Shown here: one piece after another, positions 13,526 to 24,450 of the stretch
How positions within the stretch are numbered: the first letter of the stretch is position 1
How the letters are laid out: each line of letters opens with the position of its first letter
Assembly (NCBI RefSeq): GCF_030028105.1
Contig: NC_092377.1
Location: 145,306,104 to 145,370,103, forward strand
Direction of reading: 5' to 3'
Length of the DNA: 64,000 nt
Source of the DNA: Mobula birostris
Taxonomy: Eukaryota
Translations under genes and position numbers: made by a program
Notes under the pieces: generated by a model
Databases searched by the model: none
Told to the model about the DNA's origin: nothing
What the model saw: only the letters and a program-made list of their open reading frames with translations

Positions 13526-13752
13526 TAAGCTGACTATCGAGTATATATGCACTTGCTGTTGATAATTAATTAATAACACAATAGAAGTACGATAACACGA
13601 AATTCTAATCCAACATACGGTGAAACCCGACATAAACTGTATTTAGTTCGACATAAGATGTGGAGAGCGGTCCCTACCGGGTATTAGACATCGGAGACAT
13701 CCCAGACAACAATCAAATTACGAGACCGCAGATACAAAAGTCTGACTTTTAC

Positions 13753-14064
13753 CTTCGCAAATAACGCCGACATCGCTTTTGTGTGAATTGTAGTCCAACC
13801 ATTCATCAGTTGTGCACTCCTGCTGAGAGGCCTCGATCCCGCCGCATGGATGATACTTCATCAAAACGGGTCCGGACCCTTTTCCAAAGTGAGCATTCTC
13901 CAGGGTTTTCTGCGCGGCGCCACAGTGCAGCTCCCCGCACACCATAGCCGCGAACTTCAAATCCCAAATATCACCAGCCACAGTCCACCAATCTCCCTGA
14001 TAGTGAATTTCTACTCTTCCAGCGCATGGACTGCTACCATTCACCAATCTGAACATTAGTCTTT
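13753..14064 (-). CDS. SRCR group B domain exon (6 Cys; C2 and C7 absent) of the same receptor gene
   Basis: Acceptor ttttctgtttatttttcag, donor G|gtaaaa, 312 nt, phase 1-1, open frame: RLMFRLVNGSSPCAGRVEIHYQGDWWTVAGDIWD...VCGELHCG...HFGKGSGP...HKSDVGVICE. Confidence 0.93.
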
Positions 14065-14894
14065 CTGAAAAATAAACAGAAAATAAACTATCACAGGTTA
14101 GCGACAACTTAAACCTTCCCAAACGTTCAAATTCTACATGAACAACAGGGACATCAGGCTGTGGCAAACCCCGAATGTGCTGCTTAACGTAATGAAAGCA
14201 CTCAGTGAACTAAATAACGTCTGGAGAACTGAGAGTCAGCCAGTTATTCCAGGGGAGGAATGCGTGTCTCCCTGGAAACCGAGATGATCTGCTTTAACGT
14301 TCCTTCTGATATGTTTTACAGCGTTGCGTGTCAACCATTGCTCTGATATGAAAAGTTTTACAAGTCCTCCAAGCTGTGCATCACTGTAAATGTTTAAATG
14401 TGAGGAAAATTCCAGCTGCGCGTCAACAATGGCTAAGTGCGCGAATGTTTTCAGTTACTGCCCGGCTGCACTCTCACGCAGCTGAGAGGGAACATTGACT
14501 ACTAGCTCGTTTTCACTCTTCGGAGAGCTGCTGAAGGGCTACTTTTACAGTGCCCCTACTCTACTCAGTCCGCAGCTCATCTTTCGGGTAATCGATCGAA
14601 ATCTTATTGGAGTTGTGCAAACTTTCCTGGAACTGGGCACCATTGGAAAAAAAAAAGAGTCGAAATGAGACGTCAGCTCAGCAATAAAAGGAATGAATAA
14701 TAGGAGATTGTCTTAACGTTTCGCAATAAATAAGGTCAGCAGAAATTCTTTCTCTGCTAACTGTGCTGCATGATGTTTACTGATTGACGTAGTTCCATGA
14801 GAAGAGCAATCGCCTTTTTGCCAGATCCTCGATAACAATTAGTTTCAAAAAAAAAAAAACAGCACATCGCTTATTGAAAATTTATCTAGGTTAC

Positions 14895-14927
14895 CTGACG
14901 GTTCAGACGTAGAGTCTTCCGGGCGGC
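14895..14927 (-). CDS. 33-nt phase 1-1 linker micro-exon (xRPEDSTSEPS) upstream of the first SRCR exon
   Basis: Acceptor catttctcgtttcag, donor CAG|gtaacc; length divisible by 3, same phase as the SRCR exons, P/S/T/E-rich; ~830 nt upstream of the next exon. Confidence 0.75.
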
Positions 14928-15720
14928 CTGAAACGAGAAATGTACAATTAGATTTCTCTGTGTAGCTGGTGGGGAGTGCACTTCTGGCGTTAGGAGGTAA
15001 TTGTAAGAGGGATATCAAATTATTATACAATCAGTGGTAAGAACACCCGCCCCGTCACCTCATCACACATACATGCCCCACCTTCCTCCCAGCCCAACCC
15101 ACCCCCACCAAAACCCAGCCATCTAGACTCTTTACTTTGTTATGTAGTTCTGAGAACGCAGCTGCAATTCTCACAATAAATTTCAAAAGCAAAACAATTT
15201 CAAATTATCGCTTTGACAGACTTATCCATCTAACCCCACTGCACGCTGCTACTCATTTATTTCCACATAGTACAAATGACGGGACGTTATTCTTTCCACT
15301 AAATTGCGTAACAGTCTCCTTGCTGAAATTTTTCTTCTGTGTAAAAAAAAAACAATTTGAATGCAGAATAATGACGTTATTCGTCTCATAAATAATCCTG
15401 TTTTCCACTCTTTCCACTTAGCCACAACAAAGAATGTTTGTCTGTGGATGCCGATAGAAAGACATTGTAATATCTATAAATGCTTTTGTTGGTAAACTGG
15501 GTGCGCTGCAAAAACGGATTACGGTTTTCTTCCACTCTGGGTGTTCCGATCAACTTTGCTCCTGTGACAGGGACTGGGTGATGCGTTCTTATTATCCTGT
15601 AATCAATTTCTAACAAGTGGAAGCTGCATAGTTATATTCAACGTCACTGTCATAAGTTATTGAACTGAACCACTCTCCAGCCTGGTTCCAGTTGAAACAC
15701 ATTCTTCAAATTATGCTGTC

Positions 15721-15760
15721 AATAAGGAAGTGTTGACGCTCATTACGTCAGGTTTCTTTC
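15721..15760. promoter_or_regulatory. Candidate immune-type promoter/enhancer cluster
   Basis: AGGAAGTG (ETS/PU.1-like), TGACGC and TTACGTCA (CRE/ATF-like), GGTTTCTTTC (IRF-like) within 40 bp, ~800 bp upstream of the micro-exon; motif match only. Confidence 0.3.
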
Positions 15761-15879
15761 TCATAAGTCGTAATATTTATAAATTATGGTCAACCTCCGA
15801 ACTGGAAATCATGACGACTTTTTTTTAATATATTTTTTCGGCCCCGCAGCCTGTAGCGCATCGATTTATGTTATCCGTC

Positions 15880-16095
15880 TGATCGCGTGGGGTTCCCGCC
15901 GGTTTCCTACCACATTCCAAAGATGTGACGGTTATGGTTCGTGAGTTGTGAGGGCATGCAATTATGCCTCCATAAGCGTAGTGATATTTTGCGCAGCCTA
16001 GCCATAACCTACTGATTAAGTATGACGCAACCAGCATATTTATATGTCATATGTTTCGAACTATGTATGACAAATAAATAAAGATGATCATATCT
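15880..16095 (+). mobile_element. SINE fragment
   Basis: cgcgtggggttcc...ggtttcctaccacattccaaagatgt core and acaaataaataaag tail. Confidence 0.55.
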
Positions 16096-16758
16096 TTATT
16101 TTTCCTGACATTTGAAACATTATCACCCCAGCTGGTTCTGTTGACTAAACCTCGTCATTGTTTTTGAGGAAAAACTAAACTTATAATTATTTTATGAGCT
16201 GTCGATAAGAAAGAAATCAATCAAACGCTCTAATCGACGGACATTTCCAAAGAAGAAAACAAAACAGTTTAGTTCCTCTTCTCATTATTTTCCTTCATCC
16301 TGCATTTGTTGCATCTCACGGCATCCCATCAACTGCCCTGTGCATGATAGTTTAGGTTCCACTAAGCAACAGTTCATGATCTCCAATTAAACAAACAGTC
16401 AGAAAGGTATCGCTTCTGGCAAGATCCCAGAGTACCGGGAGAAACAGTCAAGCTCACGGGAAAATATACACTGTACATCTCGCACATAGCATCGTCGGTT
16501 AGAATCATAATCACGTCTCTACAACTGCGCAGTTACAGTACGACAGATTAGAACGTAACGGATACTTCTACAACGTTGCAATAATAGGGACGTTGCACTC
16601 AGACACCGGGAATCGGTGTCCTGCTATAAACTGAAGCAATCTCTGTGTGATGTAGTACGTCTCCATCTGATAATCGGCCTTTGCCCACTTCCCAGATGGA
16701 AGCTTCATCTTATGTTAACTGGGAACTATAAATTGCTCCTGGGATATGTCCAAAAGTC

Positions 16759-18327
16759 CATAAGACATAGGAGCAGAAATAGGAGATTTGGGCCTTCGAG
16801 TCTGTATTGTCATTTCATCATGACTAGTCCAATTTTGTTCTTAGCCCCAAATTCCTACCAACTCTCCATATCACTCCCTAGGTTAAGAATATTTCAAGCT
16901 CTGCCTTAAATATTAATCAAGACTTGGCTTCCACCGCTGAATGTGGCAAAGAATTCCACAGATTGACCAATCTCCGGCAAAATAACTTTCTCTTCCTATC
17001 CATTTTAAAAAGCTGTGTCCACTGGTCTTAGAATCTCCCACCATTGGAAACATTCTCTGCAGATTTACTCTGTCAATGCCTTTCACCATTAGATAGCTTA
17101 CAATTAAGTCACGGTTCATTCTCCTGTATTGGTCCATACACGCCCAGAGCCATCGAACACTCTTCGATGTCAAGCCGTTGAATCCTGATTTTTTTTTCTC
17201 TCTTGAACCTCTTTTGAACCCTCTTCAGCTTCAGCACATCCTTTCTAAGATAAAAGGCCCAAGATGCTCACAATATTCCAAGTAAGGTCTGCCCTTTGCT
17301 ATATGAAGTCTAAGCATTACACCCTTGCTTTTAGATTCTAGTCCTATGAAATGAATGCTAATCTCACAGTTCCCTTCCTCACCACAGACTCAATATGCAA
17401 ATGGTTTCACGAAATCCTGGATTTGGACTCCTAAGCCCCTTTGCACCTCAGTTTTTTTCTTCTTCTTCTCTCAATTTAGAAAATAATCAGTCTTTTCATT
17501 TCTTCTAACACAGTGCACGACGATACATTTTTCGATACACTATTCAATTTGCCACATTTTGCCCATTCACCTCATCCGTCAAAGATATTCTATAGCCTCT
17601 CCATTCCTCCAAACCACCTGCCCCACCACCAGTATCCATATCATCTGCAAACTGCAAGAAAACTGTCAATACCATAATCGAGAGCATTGGCATGAAACAT
17701 AAAAACAAAAAAGTTTCGAACCCAGTCCCCTGTGGAATACCAAAGTCACCGGCAGCCAGCTCTAAAATGCTCCCTCAAATTCCCGGTCCTTGCCTCCTGC
17801 CAATCAGCCAATGTTTTCTCCATGCTAAATTCTTTCCTGTAAAACCATGGGCTACTAACCTGTTACGCAGCCTCATGGGTGGCACCTTAACAATGGTCTT
17901 TTGAACATCCAAGTATACAACATAAAGCGATTCACATTTGTCTACCCTGCTTGTTATTTCCGCAAATAATTCCACTAGATTTGTCAGGGAAGATTTCCCC
18001 TTCAGTAAACTTACCGACTGCTGCCAATTTTATCATGTGCTTTCAATTACCCTCCCTCCCTTAAGAATAGCCTCAAAATAATTGCTCACCACTCAGGCTA
18101 GCTAACTGTTCTATTGCTTCGTTTCTTCTGCGAAGTCCCTTCTTGAAACGCGGAGTGACTTTTCCAATGTTCCTTTCTTCCAGAATCATTACAGAAATTC
18201 GAGATGGCTGACTAATTATTAATAATGTCTCCACAATCTCTTCAAGTACATCCTTCAGAATCATGTAGTGTGCATCATTTATTCCAAGTGACCTACCTAA
18301 CATCAAACTTTTCAGGTTCTGAAGTGT
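16759..18327 (-). mobile_element. Older CR1 LINE, 3' part (host of the nested CR1)
   Basis: Tail cataagacatagg; VVYLDVQK...KVP and ILKDVLEEIVETL motifs. Confidence 0.85.
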
Positions 18328-21300
18328 CATAGAACCATAGAACCATAGAACATTACAGCACAGAAACAGGCCTTTTGGCCCTTCTTGGCTGTGCCGAACC
18401 ATTTTTCTGCCTAGTACCACCAACCTGAAACTGGACCGTATCCTTGCTACACCTCTCATCCATGTACCTGTCCAAGCTTCATTTTTAAATGTTAAAAGTG
18501 AGCCCGCATTTACCAGTTCATCTGGCAGCTCATTCCACCCTCCCACCACTCTCTGTGTGAAGAAGCCTCCCCACCCGCAATATTCCCTTTAAACTTTTCC
18601 GTCTTCACCCTTAACCTATGTCAACAGTTTCTTTTTCTCTCCCAGAGCCTCAGTGGAAAATGCCTGCTTGCATTCACTCTATCTATACCCATCATCATTT
18701 TATATACCTTTATCAAATTTCCCCTCATTATTCCACGCTCCAGTGAATAAAGTCCTATTCAACCTTTCTCTGTAACTCAGCTTCTCAATTCCCGGCACGT
18801 TCGTTGCACTTCTTCAATCTTATTAATATCCTTCCTGTACATTGCTGACGAAAACTGCACACAACAATCCAAATTCGGCCTCACCAATGCGTTATACAAC
18901 CTTACCATAACATTCTAACTCTTATATTACCATACTTTGATTTATACAGGCCGATATACCGAAAGCTGTCGTACGACCTGATCTACCTGTGACGCCATTT
19001 CTAAGGACTTTTTTTATCTGTATTCCAAGATCCCTCTGTTCTATTGCACTCCTCAGTGCCTTACCATTTACCTTGTATGTTCTGCCTCGGTTTGTCCTTC
19101 CGAAATGCAATAGCTCACACGTGTCTGTATTAAACTCCATCTGCCATTTTTCAGCCCATTTTTCCAGCTGGTCAAATCCCTCTGCAAGCTTTGAAAACCT
19201 TCCTAACTGTCCACTACACCTCCAATCTTTGTATCATCAGCAAATTTGCTGATCCAGCTTACCGCATTGTCATCCAGATCATTGATATGTATGATAACTA
19301 ACAATGGATCCTGCACTAATCCTTGTGCACACCACTAGTCACAGGCCTCCACTCAGAGAAGCAGTTCTGCACTACCACTCTCTGGCTTCGTCCATTGAGC
19401 CAATGTCTAATCTAATTTAATACCTCTCTATGAATACCTAGCGATTGAATCGTTCTAACTAACCTCCCATGCGGTACCTTGTCAAAGTTTTACTGAAGTC
19501 CATGTAGACAACATCCACCGTCTTCCCTTCCTCCACATTCCTGGTAACCTCCTCCAAAAACCCTAATCGATTATTAAACTTGACCTACCACGCACAAAGC
19601 CATGTTGACTGTCCCTAATAAGTCCCTGTCTATCCAAATACACGGAGATCCTATCTCTTAGTGCTCCTTCTATAATGTACCTAATACAGACGTCAAATCT
19701 ATCGGCCTATAATTCCCCAGATTACTTTTAGAGCCTTTTGTAAACAGCAGAACAACATGAGCTATCCTCCAACCCTCCGGCACCTCACCCGTAGATACCG
19801 ACATTTTAAATATATCTGCCAGGGCCCCATGCAATTTCAACACTAGTCGCCGAGGGATTGCACTGTCACGTCCTAGGGATTTATTTACTCTGATTTGCCT
19901 CAAGATAGCAAACACATCCTCCTCTTTAATCTATATAAATTCTAAGACCTCACTACTTGTTTTTTTTTTTCCTTTGACTCCATGCCAGTTTCCTTAGTAA
20001 ATATAGACGCAAAAAAACAAAAAAAAATCAGATCCTCCCCATTTCTTTTGGTTCCATGCATAGCCGACCACTCTGATCTTCAAGAGGACCAATTGTATCC
20101 CTTACTGTCCTTTTGTTCTTAATATTCCTGTAGAAGATCTTAGGATTATCCTTCAAATAGACTGCCAAAGCAACCTCATGTCTTCCTTTAGTTCTCCTGA
20201 TTTCTTTCTGAAGTATTTTTGCAATTTTTTACTCCTAAATACCTTATTTAATCGCTGTTTCCTATACATGTCATAAATTTCTCTCTTCTTCTTTATCACA
20301 GTTCCAATATTCCTTAAGAAACAAGTCTCCTTATTCTTATTCACTTTGCCTTTAATCCTGACAGGAACATACAAAGTCTGGACTGTCCAAATGTCTCCTT
20401 TGAAGGTCTCCAGTTACCAATCACATCCTTGTCACAGAACAACCTGTCCCAATCCACGTGTTTTAGGTCCCTTCTCATTTCTTCAAATTTGGCCTTTTTT
20501 CCAGTTTAGAACCTCATCCGAGGATCAGTTCTATCTTTATCCATGATCAAGTTGAAGCTAGAGGTGTTGTGATCACTGGAACCAAAATATTCCCTTACAA
20601 ACACTTCATTTACCTTTCCTAACTCGTTTCCTAACAGGAGAGCTAATATTGCATCATCTCAAGTTGGTACTTCTATATATTGATTTAGAAAAGTTTCCTG
20701 AACACCTTTTACAAACTCTAACCCGTCTAGACCTTTAACAGTATGGGAGTCCCAATCAATATTGGAAAATTAAAATCCCCTACTATCACAAGTTTATGTT
20801 TCCTGCAGTTACGTGCTATCGCTCTGCAGATTTGCTCCTCCAATTCTCGCCGACCGACTATTGGGTGGACTATTATACAACCCCATTAATGTGGCCATAC
20901 CTTTTCTGTTTCTGAGCTCCACCCATATGGCCTCGGTAGAAAAGCCCTCTAATCTATTCTGTCTGAGCACTGCTGTAATATTTTCCCTGACTAGCAATGC
21001 CACAACTCCCCCCCCACCCCCACGATCCTTTATTGTTCTGTCTCTATCACGTCTGAAACCCTGGAACATTAAGCTGACAGTCTTGAACCTCTGTAGCCAA
21101 TTTTCACTAATGGCTATAGTGCCGTAAATCCATGTGTCAATCCATGCCCTCCGCTCGTCAGCATTCCCCACAGTACTCCGTGCATTGAAATAGACACGCC
21201 TCAGAAGATTATTACCACCACACACAACCCTTCTTATTTGTGTCTTTGCAGGAATTTTTAAGATCATTTATTATAACCCCCGCTCTTCTCTCTGCTGTGG

Positions 21301-22600
21301 CACTCTGGTTCCCATCCCCCCCCCTGCAAATCTAATTTAAACCCTCCCCAGTAACACTAACAAACCTCCTTGCAAGGATATTGGTCCCCTTAGAGTTCTG
21401 GTGTAACCCGTCTCTCTTGTACAGGTCCCACATACCCCAGAAGAGGTCCAATGATCCTGAAATCTGAAACCCTGCCCCTATTCCAGTTCTTCAGCCACGT
21501 GTTCATCCGCCAGAGCATCCTATTCTTACCCTCACTGGCACGTGGCATAGGTAGAAATCCTGAGATTACCACGCTCGAGGTCCTGCTTTTTAACTTCCTA
21601 CCAAGCTCTGTATACTCACTCTTCATGATCTCCTCACTCTTTCTTCCTACGTTATTGGTACCGATGTGTACCATGACATCTGGCTGATCACCCTCCAATT
21701 CAGAATGCTGTGCACGCAATCAGAAACTTCCCTGACCCTGGCACCCGGAAGGCAACAAACCATACGGGAGTCTCTATCACAAACACAGAACCTCCTTTCT
21801 ATACGTCTAACTATCGAGTGCCCTATCACTACTGCTCTCCTCTTCTTCCACCCTCTCTTCTGCACTGCAGAACAAGATTCAGTGCCAGAGATACGGCTGC
21901 CGCAGCTTGTCCCGGATAAGTAATGCCCCACAACTGTATCCAAATCGGTATACTTGTTGTTTGAGGGGAATGGCCACACGGGAACCCTGCTCTGCTTGCC
22001 CATTCCCCTTCCCTCGCCTGACGGTAACCCAATTACCTGTGAGCTGCTACTTTGTCGTAATTACCTCCCTGAAGCGACTATGTATACACACCTCATTCTC
22101 CCGGTTGATCCAGAGGTCATACATTTCATGGTCCAGTTCCCTAACGCGGTTTGTTAGGAGCTGCAGCTGGATGCACCTCTTACAGGTGTCATTGTCAGGG
22201 ACACCGGAGGCCCCCCTGACTTTCCACATCTTGCAAGAGGAGCATTCCAACATTATGCCTGGCATTCTCTCTACTCTAAACAAACAAAACAAAACATATC
22301 GGAACCTACCCTCGCCTCTGCCTGTTCACGCCGAAGCCTGTTGAGCCAAAGCCATCCCCACTCTGCTCCCTCTGACTCCGCTGCCCAATGTATATGGTGG
22401 TCTTTTTTTAAAATCTTTTGGCGCTCTACGTCACACGCCTGCGCAGTATAACATCTTTTCTCCGAGCAGTGTGTGAAAAAAAAAAAAAAAAACAACAAGT
22501 GACTTCTGTCCGAGATTCATTACTCCTTCACTCTCGGCCTCTTGCTAGATTAAAAAAAAAGACCGTTGAAAATACCTCACCTTTTTAAACCTTTGGATCT
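18328..22600 (-). mobile_element. Near full-length CR1 LINE (ORF1 zinc finger + GDSL esterase; ORF2 APE endonuclease + RT), frameshifted
   Basis: (catagaac)n tail; RT (MEFNTDTCELLHFG, GNYRPI); endonuclease (YFNARS, AISENWL, GGGVVALLVR); esterase (VVIGHSIVR, VHIGTNN); CSSC...CKRC zinc finger. Confidence 0.93.
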
Positions 22601-22619
22601 CTAGTCACGCGCTTGATCT

Positions 22620-24450
22620 TTACTAGTGGCAGCTTCACACATTTCATGTCCCCTGACACAGGGAACTTCCCCCACACTGCCCTTGCCTTCCATAGTGAAG
22701 ACTGATGCAAAATGCTAAGACAGTTTGTCCGCCATTTGCTTACCAGCCATCACTACCTGTCCAGATTATTTTACCAACTGCCGAATATCAATTCTTGCTT
22801 CTCATTTACACCTTAGGTGTCTGATGAAACTGTGTATGCTCTATTATATGCTGTCTCTTTGTTTTTTTTACGCTAGCTTTAACTCCTCCTGTTAGCCACT
22901 GTTGTATCATATTTCCTTAAGAATACTTCTTCATCTTTGGGATGTATTACCCTGTGTCTTCCGATTTACTTCTAGAAATGCCGGATCTTTCTACTCTGCC
23001 TTCAGCTCTGCCAGTGTTCTTTTCCAATTAATTTTCGGCAACTCCTCTCTCATGGCTCGAGAATTCGTTTTACTCTCGTGTAATAGTAAGACATCTGACT
23101 TCTCAAATTTCAGGATGAATTCAATCATATTATGATCAATTCTCACATAGGATAATTGTAATTTCTGCCTTCTGATAAAATCTCGTTCATTGAACCGCAC
23201 TCAGTGCAGAATATCTGAGCCCCTAGTGGGCTCAATTATACCCTGCTGTATGAAGCCACTCGAAATCACTCAATAAATCTCGCTTTGTGGATTCCAGTAC
23301 AAACATAATGTTCTCAATCATCCTGCATATTGAAATGGCCCATAACTACTGTAAATGTTCCCTTTTGTCATGTATTTCGACATCCTCTGTAATTTGCAGG
23401 TTACATCCTTACAACTGTTTGAAATCTGTATGAAACTCCCAACACGGTCCTTTTACCATTGCAGCTCCTTAGCTCTACCCACAATTAATTAAAATCTTCC
23501 TACCCTATGTCAACTTTTTCTAATGTTTGCTTTCCTATTATGTCTTCATCACCAAGCCGCCCTCTCTGCCCTCCTGCCTGTCCTTTCGATACAATGTGTA
23601 GTCTTTTAAATTAATTTCCAGCTATAATCTTCATTCAGGTATGATTCCCTAATGCCTACAATATCATAATTGCTAATCAAGAAATTCTAATGCAAGTTCA
23701 TATACCTTATCCCACATGCTGAGCAGATTCAAATATAGCACGTTCAGTCCTGCATTCACTCTTTTCTATTTCGTCTGGTTTTTACGTTCCAACGCATCAA
23801 GTTGACAGAAATGTTGCTCTATCAACAGCCTCTCGTTACTGCACATACCTCTGTTTGTAAAACAGCTACTTCATAATCAGCAGTGTCATCCGTCTTTCCT
23901 ACGAATTTCTTCGCATTGAAATATACACGCTCAATAAACTGGTCGCACCATTCACAACACTTGATTCCTAATTTTGTCTGAGGTCATGCCAACAATAGCC
24001 ACCTCATATACTCCACTGAGTGTCCTGACATTCAGGTTCCCACCCCACTACGAATCTAGTTTAAGCACTACCGTCGATCATTGACAAACCTTACCGCTAG
24101 GTATTAGACTCCCTCCAGTTCAGGTGCAAACCTTTCCTCCAGTACAGGCTCCACCCTCACTGGAAGAGAGCCCAATGATCCAAAAATCGTATGTCCTTCC
24201 TCCTACACAAACTTCTTAGACACAAAATAAACTGTTCAATATTTCTTGTTCTGATCTCACTAAGACGTGACACGTGCAGCAATCTGAGATCACAACTGTC
24301 GAAGTTCGGCCCTTTAACTAAGCATCTAACTCGCTGAATTCCATATGTAGCATCTCGTAACTTGTCCTAGCTATGTCATTGATACCTACATGGACTACCA
24401 CTTGTGGCTGTTCAGCTTCCCACTCAAGGGTGCTGCGGACTCGTTCCGAC
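22620..24450 (-). mobile_element. Older CR1 LINE, 5' part (resumes after the nested CR1)
   Basis: DHNMIEF endonuclease C-terminus; esterase QPQVVVHVGINDI. Confidence 0.8.

Noticed and set aside
13718-14167. ORF-track start/stop for the SRCR ORFs (also 4358-4660)
   Set aside because: They run into introns; splice signals define the true limits
15523-15596. Possible exon (DNKNASPSPC...)
   Set aside because: Weak acceptor and phase 0-2, which does not fit the gene
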